64,000 nt of DNA from NCBI GenBank assembly GCA_045540015.1, contig JAZQGP010000013.1, positions 9,100 to 73,099 on the forward strand, read 5' to 3'. The stretch comes from Eubacteriales bacterium. Its GTDB lineage: Bacteria > Bacillota > Clostridia > Oscillospirales > CAG-382. This document shows positions 41,773-52,036 of the stretch, one piece after another. A program made the position numbers and the translations under genes. The notes under the pieces are model-generated. The model had not been told where the DNA came from. It made no database searches and saw only the letters and a list, made by a program, of their open reading frames with translations. Positions within the stretch are counted from its first letter, which is position 1; the number at the start of each line of letters is the position of its first letter.

Positions 41773-43152
41773 TCAAGGATTAGTATATCTGCAAAGCTTC
41801 ACGACAACTTCGCAATGCCCCGTTCTTGCAAACATATCAACTCCGCATGCTTTTGCTGCCTTATATCCGCACTGTTCAAACCTTGCAAGATCACGTGCAA
41901 GCGTTGCAGGGTCACAGGAAATATAGACAATACGCTTTGCACCGAAAGATGCAATTTTTTCGACAGTACCGTCGCAGCCTTTTCTCGGCGGGTCAACGGT
42001 TATAACATCAGGCTTGAGGATTTTTACGCGTTCATCGTCAAGGGCGTTTTGTGCATCGGCACAGATAAACTCTGCATCAATGTTGTTGATTCCTGCGTTG
42101 TACGCCGCATCCTTTACGGCTTCCGGTGTTATTTCAACGCCAAACAGCTTGTTGTCTGTGTTTGCAATGCAAATGCCGACACTGCCTGTTCCGCAGTATA
42201 AGTCGAGCAGTATTTCTCCGCTTTCAAGGGCAGCATATTCCTTCGCTTTACTGTAAAGCTCGCATGCACCCGGTCTGTTTACTTGCCAGAATGATGCCGG
42301 TGCTATACGGAACCGCTTTTCGCAGAGCGTATCGTAAATGTATCCGTCGCCGAAAATTGTCCTCCACTCTTTGCCGAGAACGGCATTTGATGCTTTCGTA
42401 TTTGTGTTAATGAGAATTGTGGCAACTTCGGGATGTTTTTCGTTTATGAAGGAAACAAATTCGCTCTCAAGCTTTTCGGATACAAGAGCTTTGCCGTTGA
42501 GAATAAGAGTGAGGGCTGTTTGATCGAATTCCTCGCCTGTTCTGAGATAAATGCTTCTGACGAGTCCCTTTTCTGTTTGTTCATCATATGCAGAAACATT
42601 ATTTTTCTGCAGAAATCCTATTATGCTGTCGCGTATCGGAATAAATTTCGGATTTCCGATAAGGCAAGTGTCGTGTTCTACAATGCGGTGAGACATTCTT
42701 GCATAGAATCCGGTTATAATATTTCCCTTGCCGTCAGCTCCGACAGGATAGATAGCCTTATTGCGGTAATGCTTTTCATTTGGAGACGGTATAAATTCGG
42801 AAAGCACAAGGTCTAGTTTGCCCAAGTGTAAAAACGCTTCGTTGATTGCGTTTTGCTTATATGTGCACTCGCTTTCGTAGGTGATGTGCTGAAACACGCA
42901 GCCTCCGCATTTATGGGAAAAAGGACAGCCGTCCTCGTATCTGTCGACAGACGGCTGCAATATCTCCAATGTTTTGGCTACGGCATAGTTTTTTGTAACT
43001 TTAATTATGAGTGCCGAAACAGTTTCATTCGCCGCAGCGCCTACAACGAAAACTACAAATCCGTCGTCCGTTTTTGACAACGCGTTTCCGTTTTGTAAAA
43101 GCTCTGTGGTGCGAAGCGTTACGACATCATTCTTTTTCAAAGCCGTATTCAT
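41773..43152 (-). CDS. rlmD: 23S rRNA m5U1939 methyltransferase (TRAM + 4Fe-4S)
   Basis: CPFSHKCGGC, YRNKA, SFWQVN, LDLYCGTG, VDPPRKG, YISCDPATLARD. Confidence 0.95.
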   Translation of the reverse strand: MNTALKKNDVVTLRTTELLQNGNALSKTDDGFVVFVVGAAANETVSALIIKVTKNYAVAKTLEILQPSVDRYEDGCPFSHKCGGCVFQHITYESECTYKQNAINEAFLHLGKLDLVLSEFIPSPNEKHYRNKAIYPVGADGKGNIITGFYARMSHRIVEHDTCLIGNPKFIPIRDSIIGFLQKNNVSAYDEQTEKGLVRSIYLRTGEEFDQTALTLILNGKALVSEKLESEFVSFINEKHPEVATILINTNTKASNAVLGKEWRTIFGDGYIYDTLCEKRFRIAPASFWQVNRPGACELYSKAKEYAALESGEILLDLYCGTGSVGICIANTDNKLFGVEITPEAVKDAAYNAGINNIDAEFICADAQNALDDERVKILKPDVITVDPPRKGCDGTVEKIASFGAKRIVYISCDPATLARDLARFEQCGYKAAKACGVDMFARTGHCEVVVKLCRYTNP

Positions 43153-43175
43153 ATTTATCCTTTTTGATGCGGATT

Positions 43176-44372
43176 TTATTCAGCTGCTTCTGCTTCGGTC
43201 TGAGCCTGCTGAGCTGCTTCATAATCAGCCTGAGCCTGAGCCTGTGCTTGCATCTCTGCTTCATATTCAGCTATAAACTCATCAACTCTTGCCTCGTAGT
43301 TTTCTGCATATTCAACTGTGTAGTCGGAAGAATATTCAACAAGCTCTTCACGAAGAGCAGCATATGCGCTGTTAAGGTAGGGTTCGGAAGTGTAAACTGA
43401 CTTGTTATTAACGTCGAGTTTCAAAATGATGTGGTAACCGTAGGTGGTTTCAACAAGATCGGAGGTTTCACCGATTTCAAGAGCGTATGCAGCTTCTTCA
43501 AATTCAGGAACCATCGCACCCTTTGTAAATAAATATCCTTCAGGCTGTGCTTCCATTCCGGGATCTTCTCCGTATTCTGCAATAAGTGCATCAAAGTCTT
43601 CGCCTGCTTTTACCTTTTCAAGAACTTCATTTGCTTTTGCAAGTGTTTCTGCTTTAGCTGCTTCGGTTACGTTTCCTTCTTCGTCTTTTTCAGCATCCTC
43701 GGGGAAAGCAATGAGAATGTGCTTTGCCTGAATATAATCGTTTTCTTTCAACTGCACAAGTGATTCATCGAAGATTTGCTGCTTGTCTTCAGAAACGCCG
43801 TTTTCTCCGTAGTAATAGTCGAGGAGCTTTTCAAACCCCATGTTAAGGAGTATGTTCTCAGCGTAGAAATAAGGAGACTGAAGAGTATAGGTGTATACAA
43901 TTGTCTCATACTGTTCGCCATACATGCTTCTGAGAGTGCTTATCTGAGAAGTGAGATTCTGTTCAAAATCCGCTTCGGGAATTCTGAGGTTGAACTCTCT
44001 TGCGAGAAGAACAATAGCGGAATTGAGACGGTAGAACTCATCAATTTCTTTAAGAATGGTTTCTTCATCTCCGCTTCCGTATTGACGGCTTGCGAGATTT
44101 GCATATCTCGTTGCAGCTGCGCTCATCGGAACACCTTCAACTGTGAGGAGTGTCTCGTTGTCAAGCTCACCCTTTGTTTCGATAGTTGCGAGCTTTTCAA
44201 GAGCTTCGTCAAAAGACATAGTAGCTGTTTCGTCTACATTTACGCCGATGTCTGTGTTTTCATTTAAGTTGTCATTTCCCGTGATTTCATCTTTTCCTTT
44301 TTCTGTGCATGCTGTAAAGCATACTGCGCATGCGGCAAGCACCGCTGCAAGAATAATGGCTGTTTTTTTCAT
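43176..44372 (-). CDS. PrsA-like parvulin peptidyl-prolyl isomerase lipoprotein
   Basis: Lipobox FTAC, AKHILI, GEDPG, MVPEFEEAA, ETTYGYHII. Confidence 0.88.
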   Translation of the reverse strand: MKKTAIILAAVLAACAVCFTACTEKGKDEITGNDNLNENTDIGVNVDETATMSFDEALEKLATIETKGELDNETLLTVEGVPMSAAATRYANLASRQYGSGDEETILKEIDEFYRLNSAIVLLAREFNLRIPEADFEQNLTSQISTLRSMYGEQYETIVYTYTLQSPYFYAENILLNMGFEKLLDYYYGENGVSEDKQQIFDESLVQLKENDYIQAKHILIAFPEDAEKDEEGNVTEAAKAETLAKANEVLEKVKAGEDFDALIAEYGEDPGMEAQPEGYLFTKGAMVPEFEEAAYALEIGETSDLVETTYGYHIILKLDVNNKSVYTSEPYLNSAYAALREELVEYSSDYTVEYAENYEARVDEFIAEYEAEMQAQAQAQADYEAAQQAQTEAEAAE

Positions 44373-44571
44373 TTTAAAATTCCTTTCATGGCAGTGCGTA
44401 CACTGCTTTATAATATCATGCTTTCATAGGATACAACTTTAATGTGAAAGCTTTGTGAAATAATTGCAACTTTTTACAATTTATACAAAATTGAAATCCA
44501 TGTTGTATGGTAAAATATACTATGAAATAAAATGGGTAAGAATACGTACACGGAAAGGAAGGTGCGAAAGC

Positions 44572-46677
44572 ATGGGAAATCTTAATTCACCCTTAACAGT
44601 ACTGCGAGGCATAAGTTCGGCACGAGAAAAGCTGTTTTCGCGCCTTGGCTTGCACACGCTGTGTGACCTTGTTTATCACTATCCCGTATCGCACGAAAAC
44701 CGCGGAAATGTTGTAAGAACAGATGAAGCGCAGCACGGAGAATACGCATCGCTGGTGCTTGAAGTAATAACGCCTGTGACAAGTGCGAGAATACGCGGCG
44801 GAAATTCACGTGCCATGACCGTTCAGAAATTTATTGCCGGTGATGAAGGCGGCGGAGTGAAGATTACATTCTTTAACGCGGAATATCTGAAAGACGTATT
44901 CACGGTTGGCAGAAAATTCCGCTTTTACGGAATAGTTATGGGAATTGCGGGCAACTGTACAATGACAAGCCCTGCGTATGAGGTGTATAACGAAGATGTT
45001 CCTCTTTTGCCGTATGTGCCGAAATACCCTCTGACAAGCGGACTGACATCGAAAATCGTATCCGAAAGCGTAAAGCAGGCGCTGTTTCTGTGCCGCGATG
45101 AGATAGAGGAAAAATTTACACAAGAACAGAGAGAAGAATACGGACTTTGTACGGAGTTTGAGGCACTGTACTCGGTTCATTTCCCTCAAAGCAACGAGGC
45201 TCTTGAGCAGGCAAAAAAACGTCTTGCGTTTGATGAGCTTTATGAGTTCCAGTTCAAAATTCTGCTTCTCGGCGAAAACGGAAGAAACGGAAACGCATAC
45301 AGAGTTAAATACCCGGATATGAAAAAATATGTTTCGTCGCTTCCGTTTGAGCTTACACGTGCACAAAAACGTGCAATACAAGATATTCTGACAGATATCT
45401 CCTCCTGTAATAATCCTAACGATGAGGCAAACTATAACGGAGAAAACCTTATTTCTCCTGCAAGACGGCTTGTGCAGGGAGATGTCGGCAGCGGAAAAAC
45501 GGCAGTTGCAGCGGCTTGTGTATACGCCACGGCGATGTCAGGATACCAGTCGGCTCTCATGGTGCCTACAAGTATACTCGCAAAACAGCATTATGACAGT
45601 CTTTCTAAAGAGCTCTCACAGTTCGGTGTGAAAACTGCACTTCTTACGGGTGACACTAAGGCTGCGGAAAAGAAGCGAATACTTGCAGGGCTTCTTGACG
45701 GCAAAATCGACCTTCTTGTCGGCACTCATGCACTTATTGAAAAGGACGTTATGTTCTCACAGCTTGCACTTGTTATAACGGATGAGCAGCATAGGTTCGG
45801 TGTTGAACAGAGAAAAACGCTAGAGGGAAAATCAAAGGACGGAATAAAGCCACATACTGTTGTAATGTCAGCAACTCCTATACCGCGAACACTTGCGATG
45901 ATACTTTACTGCGACCTTGACATAAGCATAATTGATGAAATGCCCAAAGGCAGACAAAAGGTTGAAACGTATGCTGTGGGCGAAAACATGAGGCAGAGAG
46001 TTTATAAGTTTATACGCGACAGAGTTTTAGAGGGCAGACAGTGCTACATTGTGTGTCCGCTTGCTGAGGAAAAGAATGCAGACGGCGAATATATACAGAC
46101 CGCAAATTACGAAATGAAATCGGCAAAGAAGCTGTGTGAGCAGTTAAAAGACGGACTTCTTTCGGGTATTCGCGTTGACTATCTTCACGGAAAGATGAAA
46201 CAGAGCGAGAAGGACGCGGTGATGAGTTCTTTTGCAGACGGAAAAATTGACGTGCTTGTATCGACAACGGTCATTGAGGTTGGAGTGAATGTGCCGAATT
46301 CGGTTGTAATGCTGGTTGAAAATGCAGAACGCTTCGGTCTTTCACAGCTTCATCAGCTGAGAGGACGCGTCGGCAGAGGAGCTCACAAATCCTACTGCAT
46401 ACTCATGTCCCCTAAGATGAATAAAAACAAGGACAGCGACTTTGCAAAGCGTATCGGGATAATGTGCGAAAGTTCGGACGGCTTTAAAATTGCCGAAAAG
46501 GATTTGGAAATACGCGGTCCGGGTGAGTTTTTCGGAAGACGCCAGCACGGAGAGCTGTGCTTTAAAATGGCGGACGTTATGCGTGACATGAAATTGCTTG
46601 AGGGAGCAAAGAAGCTTGCACAGCAGAATATAAACGATAAGAATAAGGAAATGGAGTTAGGACAAATTGGCATCTAA
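44572..46677 (+). CDS. recG: ATP-dependent DNA helicase RecG
   Basis: [61 protein letters not shown]. Confidence 0.97.
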   Translation: MGNLNSPLTVLRGISSAREKLFSRLGLHTLCDLVYHYPVSHENRGNVVRTDEAQHGEYASLVLEVITPVTSARIRGGNSRAMTVQKFIAGDEGGGVKITFFNAEYLKDVFTVGRKFRFYGIVMGIAGNCTMTSPAYEVYNEDVPLLPYVPKYPLTSGLTSKIVSESVKQALFLCRDEIEEKFTQEQREEYGLCTEFEALYSVHFPQSNEALEQAKKRLAFDELYEFQFKILLLGENGRNGNAYRVKYPDMKKYVSSLPFELTRAQKRAIQDILTDISSCNNPNDEANYNGENLISPARRLVQGDVGSGKTAVAAACVYATAMSGYQSALMVPTSILAKQHYDSLSKELSQFGVKTALLTGDTKAAEKKRILAGLLDGKIDLLVGTHALIEKDVMFSQLALVITDEQHRFGVEQRKTLEGKSKDGIKPHTVVMSATPIPRTLAMILYCDLDISIIDEMPKGRQKVETYAVGENMRQRVYKFIRDRVLEGRQCYIVCPLAEEKNADGEYIQTANYEMKSAKKLCEQLKDGLLSGIRVDYLHGKMKQSEKDAVMSSFADGKIDVLVSTTVIEVGVNVPNSVVMLVENAERFGLSQLHQLRGRVGRGAHKSYCILMSPKMNKNKDSDFAKRIGIMCESSDGFKIAEKDLEIRGPGEFFGRRQHGELCFKMADVMRDMKLLEGAKKLAQQNINDKNKEMELGQIGI

Positions 46678-49495
46678 AAGCTTGAAAATAACGGGAGCGA
46701 GAGTTCACAACTTAAAAAACATTGATGTTGAGATTCCGAGAGACAAGCTTGTTGTTTTCACGGGACTTTCGGGTTCAGGAAAAAGCTCGCTTGCCTTTGA
46801 CACAATATATGCCGAGGGACACAGAAAGTTTGTTGAGTCATTGTCCTCCTATGCACGTCAGTTTCTCGGTCAGCTTGATAAGCCCGATCTTGACAACATA
46901 GAGGGACTTTCGCCTGCAATTTCAATAGACCAGAAAACTACATCACGCAATCCGCGTTCTACAGTTGGAACGGTAACCGAAATATATGACTACCTGCGTC
47001 TTTTGTACGCCCGTGTGGGAACACCTCATTGTCCTGTGTGCGGACGTGTTATAGAGAAGCAGTCCATAGACCAGATTGTTGATAAAATCTGCAACCTTCC
47101 CGAAGGAACAAAGTTTTATGTGCTTGCACCTGTTGTAAGAGGCAAGAAGGGTACACACGAAAAGCTGATTTCCGACACTCTTAAAAACGGTTACGTAAGG
47201 GCGAGAATCAACAGCGAGATTATAAGCCTTGAGGACAACATCGAGCTTGATAAGAATAAACGTCACAATATCGAAGTGGTTGTTGACAGACTCAGCATGA
47301 AGCCCGACATAAAATCGCGCCTTTCGGATTCGGTTGAAACGGCATTCAAGCTGTCAGACGGACTTTGCATAATTGCGCTTCACGAGGGCGAATACGAGGG
47401 TAAAAGCGAAATGCAGTTTTCGCAGAATTTTGCCTGCGTTGAGCACGGAATAAGCCTTGGCGAGCTTGAGCCGAGAATGTTTTCGTTTAACAGCCCGTTT
47501 GGCGCGTGTCCCGACTGTGACGGTCTCGGAGAAAGATTTGTCTTGTCCGAAGAAAAGCTGTTTCCCGACACGACGCTTTCTCTTGCAAAGGGAGCGTGCG
47601 TGTGCAACGGTTTTAAAAGCCTGAAGGACGATTCGTGGGGCAGTATAGGAATAAATACGGCTCTTGACGAATTCGGATATACAATTCATACTCCTTTGTG
47701 TGATATGTCGGAAAAGGCAAAAAAAGTGCTTTTCTACGGCAAAGGAGACGAAAGGATAAGATACGGATACCGAGGATACAATCTCAATTTCATCGGTATT
47801 ATCAAGGAAATACAGAGAAGATACGACCAGAACTACATGAATCCCGAAATGAGGGCGTATTACGAGCAGTTTATGCAGAATGTGCCGTGTTCCTCGTGTG
47901 AGGGTAAAAGACTCAAAAACGACTCTCTTGCCGTAACTGTCGGAGGACTTAACATTTATGAGGTCTGCTCACTTCCGATAGAAAAAGCACTTGAATTTTT
48001 CCAAAACTTAAAACTCGGAAAAACCGAAAGCGTGATTGCAAAGGAAATACTCAAAGAAATTCTTGCACGTCTCGGATTTCTTAAAAACGTAGGTCTTGGT
48101 TACCTTTCGCTTTCAAGAAAATCAGGGACACTTTCGGGCGGTGAGAGCCAGAGAATACGTCTTGCAACGCAGATTGGTTCTTCACTTATGGGTGTGCTTT
48201 ATATACTCGATGAGCCGAGTATAGGTCTGCATCAGCGTGATAACGCAAAGCTTATAACAACGCTTAAAAGCCTTCGCGACCTTGGCAACACAGTAATTGT
48301 TGTTGAGCATGACGAGGAAACAATGCGTGAAGCAGATTATATTGTTGATATAGGTCCGGGAGCGGGAGTACACGGCGGTAATGTCGTTGCAGCAGGAACG
48401 CCAAAGCAGATAGCTGCAAACAAAAACTCTGTTACGGGCGATTTCCTCTCAGGCAGAAGAAAAATTGCAATTCCGGAAAACAGACGCGTGGGCAACGGCA
48501 ATTTTGTGACTGTAAGAGGAGCACAGGAGCACAATCTTAAAAATATAGACGTTTCATTCCCGCTTGGAACTTTTACTTGTGTTACAGGTGTTTCGGGCTC
48601 AGGAAAAAGCTCGCTTGTAAATTCAATTCTTCTTACAAGCCTTGCAAAAACGCTCAACCGTGCATCAACGATTTCGGGAAAGCATGACTGCATAGAGGGT
48701 GCAGAGAATTTGGATAAGGTTATAGCCATCGACCAATCTCCGATCGGACGTATGCCAAGCTCAAATCCCGCAACGTATACAGGACTGTTTACGGAAATAC
48801 GCGCTTTATTTGCATCGACTCAGGGAGCAAAAATCAGAGGATATAAGCAGGATAGATTTTCCTTTAATCTTAAGGGCGGAAGATGCGAAGCGTGTAAAGG
48901 CGACGGAACACTGCTTATTGAAATGCATTTTCTTCCCGATGTGTATGTAACGTGTGATGTTTGTAAGGGCAAGAGATATAATCGCGAAACGCTTGAAGTA
49001 AAGTATAAGGGAAAGAGCATATCGGATGTTCTTGAAATGACGGTGTCGGAGGGATGCGAATTTTTCGAAAATATTCCGTCGATTTACAGAAAGCTCAAAA
49101 CGCTGCAGGACGTAGGACTTGGTTATATAAAGATAGGACAGCCATCGCCCACGCTTTCGGGCGGTGAAGCCCAGCGTGTAAAGCTCGCAACCGAGCTTTC
49201 AAAGCGTTCGACGGGAAAAACTCTGTACATTCTTGATGAGCCGACAACCGGTCTTCACACAGCGGATGTGGAAAAGCTCATTGAGGTTTTGCAGAAGCTT
49301 TGCGACGGCGGAAATACCGTTGTTGTCATTGAACACAATCTTGATATGATAAAGACCGCAGACTATATTATCGACCTTGGTCCTGAGGGCGGAGATATGG
49401 GTGGAACGGTAGTTGCAAAGGGAACGCCCGAACAGGTTGCAAAATGCGAAAAATCTTATACCGGTATGTACCTTAAAGAAATTTTGGAGAGATAA
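46667..49495 (+). CDS. uvrA: Excinuclease ABC subunit A
   Basis: [20 protein letters not shown], two ABC modules (LSGGE), zinc fingers. TTG start overlapping recG. Confidence 0.98.
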   Translation: MASKSLKITGARVHNLKNIDVEIPRDKLVVFTGLSGSGKSSLAFDTIYAEGHRKFVESLSSYARQFLGQLDKPDLDNIEGLSPAISIDQKTTSRNPRSTVGTVTEIYDYLRLLYARVGTPHCPVCGRVIEKQSIDQIVDKICNLPEGTKFYVLAPVVRGKKGTHEKLISDTLKNGYVRARINSEIISLEDNIELDKNKRHNIEVVVDRLSMKPDIKSRLSDSVETAFKLSDGLCIIALHEGEYEGKSEMQFSQNFACVEHGISLGELEPRMFSFNSPFGACPDCDGLGERFVLSEEKLFPDTTLSLAKGACVCNGFKSLKDDSWGSIGINTALDEFGYTIHTPLCDMSEKAKKVLFYGKGDERIRYGYRGYNLNFIGIIKEIQRRYDQNYMNPEMRAYYEQFMQNVPCSSCEGKRLKNDSLAVTVGGLNIYEVCSLPIEKALEFFQNLKLGKTESVIAKEILKEILARLGFLKNVGLGYLSLSRKSGTLSGGESQRIRLATQIGSSLMGVLYILDEPSIGLHQRDNAKLITTLKSLRDLGNTVIVVEHDEETMREADYIVDIGPGAGVHGGNVVAAGTPKQIAANKNSVTGDFLSGRRKIAIPENRRVGNGNFVTVRGAQEHNLKNIDVSFPLGTFTCVTGVSGSGKSSLVNSILLTSLAKTLNRASTISGKHDCIEGAENLDKVIAIDQSPIGRMPSSNPATYTGLFTEIRALFASTQGAKIRGYKQDRFSFNLKGGRCEACKGDGTLLIEMHFLPDVYVTCDVCKGKRYNRETLEVKYKGKSISDVLEMTVSEGCEFFENIPSIYRKLKTLQDVGLGYIKIGQPSPTLSGGEAQRVKLATELSKRSTGKTLYILDEPTTGLHTADVEKLIEVLQKLCDGGNTVVVIEHNLDMIKTADYIIDLGPEGGDMGGTVVAKGTPEQVAKCEKSYTGMYLKEILER

Positions 49496-49533
49496 TCGCA
49501 AAACATTTTGAATATAGATAAGGATAGAATGAA

Positions 49534-51444
49534 TTGATTATTTTAAGTGCGTCGGACGTATCGCTTTCATTTGGTACGGACGTAATACTGACAAACATGA
49601 ACCTCGGCGTTAATGAGGGAGATAAAATAGGCATAGTTGGTGTCAACGGTGCCGGAAAATCGCTGTTCATGAAAATACTGTGCGGAGTACATGAGCCGAG
49701 TGATGGGCAGGTGTTTACGGCTAAAGATACGAGAGTGGGGTTCTTAGAGCAGAACACAGGTCTTGACTCCGATGGACGTATTTTTGATGAAATGTGCCTT
49801 GCGTTTCCTCATCTCGTTTCTGCTGAAAAGAGACTTTCAGAGCTTACCGAGCTTATGCAGTGTGAGCATGAACAGGAAAAGCACATGAGCCTTGCAAAAG
49901 AATACACCTCTCTTGAGGAACGCTTCAAAGAGGGCGGCGGATATGAGTTCAGAAGCAGAATTTCAAGTATGCTTTTGGGACTCGGCTTCGATAAATCAAC
50001 GCATGATATGTACATTCATGAGCTTTCTGGAGGACAGAAAACCCGTCTTGCCATTGCAAGACTTTTACTCAGTGAGCCTGATGTACTCATGCTCGACGAG
50101 CCGACAAACCATCTTGATATGGAAACCGTGACGTGGCTTGAAAACTATCTTGCCGGCTATAAAAAATCATTGATAGTTATATCCCATGACAGATATTTTC
50201 TTGATAAGGTTACGCAAAAAACGTATGAAATTGAAAACGGAGAGGGTAAACTTTATCCCTGCTCCTATACCGAATATGTAAAACGTAAAGAAGCCGACCG
50301 AAAGGCAGACGAAAAGCACTACAATCTGCAGCAGAAGGAAATAGCAAGACTTGAAGCGTTTATCGAAAATCAGAGACGCTGGAACAGAGAGAGAAACATA
50401 ATTGCCGCGGAAAGCCGCATGAAGGCAATTGACCGCATGGAAAAGCTTGACAAGCCAAAGAGCCTTCCGCAGAATATACGCTTTCGTTTTGAAATGGGTG
50501 AATACGGAAAATGCCCCGACAAGATGCTTGAGGTAACAGGGCTTTCGAAGGCGTTTCCCGGAAAGCCACTGTTTAATGACGTGTCTTTTCTGCTTCATGG
50601 CAGGGATAAAATGTTTATTCTCGGTCAGAACGGTGTGGGAAAATCCACAATGCTTAAGATTCTGTGCGGAAAACTCGGGCAGGATTTTGGCACGTTCGAG
50701 TATGCACGCGGTCTTGCCATAGGATATTATGACCAGGAGCATCAGGGACTTGATGCAAGCAATACGGTTATAGACGAGCTTTGGAACTGTTTTCCTGACA
50801 AGACACAGACAGAAATAAGAAGTGTGCTTGCAGGCTTTCAGTTTACAAGTGAAGATGTATTTAAAAGCATAGACGTTCTTTCAGGCGGAGAAAAGGCAAG
50901 ACTTACCTTTGCAAAGCTCATGCTTGAAAAGAGCGATTTACTTATACTTGATGAACCTACAAACCATCTTGATGCACCTTCGCGTGAAGTTTTGGAAAAC
51001 GCACTGTGCGAATACGACGGAACTGTTCTTTGTGTGTCACACGACAGATACTTTGTAAATAAGCTGGCAACACGCATTTTTGAAATGAGAACTGACGGAT
51101 GCTTTGATTTTGCGGGAAGCTATGAAGCGTTTCTTGAATACAAAAACAAAGCATCGGCAAAAAGCACCGTCGAAAGCAATGCTGCGTCAAATGCGAAGGC
51201 CGACTCGTCGGGAGATTACGAAAAGAACAAGGAAGAACGTAACCGCAGACGCAACACCGAAAGAAAACTTGCGGAAACCGAAAAGAAGATAGCTCAGCTC
51301 GAAGAAATGCTGTCCGAAAACGCACGTTTACAGCAGGAACTTTCGGGCGACTACGAAAAGGCGGCAAAGCTCTACGAAGAGGGAACTGCATTGGAAAACG
51401 AACTTTCGAAACTGTACGAGTTGTGGGAGGAATTGCAGAGTTGA
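49534..51444 (+). CDS. ABC-F family ATPase with C-terminal coiled coil (YdiF/Uup-like)
   Basis: Two NBDs with LSGG and LDEPTNHLD, linker, no transmembrane segments. Confidence 0.93.
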   Translation: MIILSASDVSLSFGTDVILTNMNLGVNEGDKIGIVGVNGAGKSLFMKILCGVHEPSDGQVFTAKDTRVGFLEQNTGLDSDGRIFDEMCLAFPHLVSAEKRLSELTELMQCEHEQEKHMSLAKEYTSLEERFKEGGGYEFRSRISSMLLGLGFDKSTHDMYIHELSGGQKTRLAIARLLLSEPDVLMLDEPTNHLDMETVTWLENYLAGYKKSLIVISHDRYFLDKVTQKTYEIENGEGKLYPCSYTEYVKRKEADRKADEKHYNLQQKEIARLEAFIENQRRWNRERNIIAAESRMKAIDRMEKLDKPKSLPQNIRFRFEMGEYGKCPDKMLEVTGLSKAFPGKPLFNDVSFLLHGRDKMFILGQNGVGKSTMLKILCGKLGQDFGTFEYARGLAIGYYDQEHQGLDASNTVIDELWNCFPDKTQTEIRSVLAGFQFTSEDVFKSIDVLSGGEKARLTFAKLMLEKSDLLILDEPTNHLDAPSREVLENALCEYDGTVLCVSHDRYFVNKLATRIFEMRTDGCFDFAGSYEAFLEYKNKASAKSTVESNAASNAKADSSGDYEKNKEERNRRRNTERKLAETEKKIAQLEEMLSENARLQQELSGDYEKAAKLYEEGTALENELSKLYELWEELQS

Positions 51445-51869
51445 TGTAAAAACATTACAACATCCCATAAAAGAACTAAAAAACGTTCAAAATATTGAAA
51501 ATGTCAAAATGTCCAACGCGTAGAAAATTTTTTCATCTAATTGTGAAACATGCACAAAAAAACAACCTATTTAGAGACGTTGCGGCAACAAATATTTAAC
51601 ATATTTTGTGCATCAACCGATACAAATAAATTGTTCCTTGCTTTGACATGAAATTTATAATTTACAAATTCGATAAATTTAAATCATGAAAATGCCTGAA
51701 AACGAAGGAACATCGTTAAAAACACGTGTAATCAATAAACTTAATCTTGTTATTTTGGCTAAAATCCCCTATGATTGTAATTTACTGACAAATTGTCAAA
51801 CACATTTTCGACACCGCTTTTAAACTTCGTAAGGTTGTGCCGGAAAGGCGGAGTGAGTGAAATCTTCTA

Positions 51870-51898
51870 TTGACAAACTTTGCTTGAGTTGGTATACT
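51870..51898 (+). promoter_or_regulatory. SigA promoter of the glycan-uptake operon
   Basis: TTGACA-17 nt-TATACT with extended TG. Confidence 0.75.
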
Positions 51899-52036
51899 AT
51901 AATCATATAAATGGGGGATTTATGCCCTTTTTTAGGGGATTGGTATGTCGTTTTGGCATAATAATTCTTTGAGAGAGGTAACAAAAATGACCTCATATTT
52001 ATGGCAATTCTCAATCAGGTAGGAGGAAATCAGCAG

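Noticed and set aside
44373-44571. LexA (GAAC-N4-GTTC) box before recG-uvrA
   Set aside because: No matching site found.
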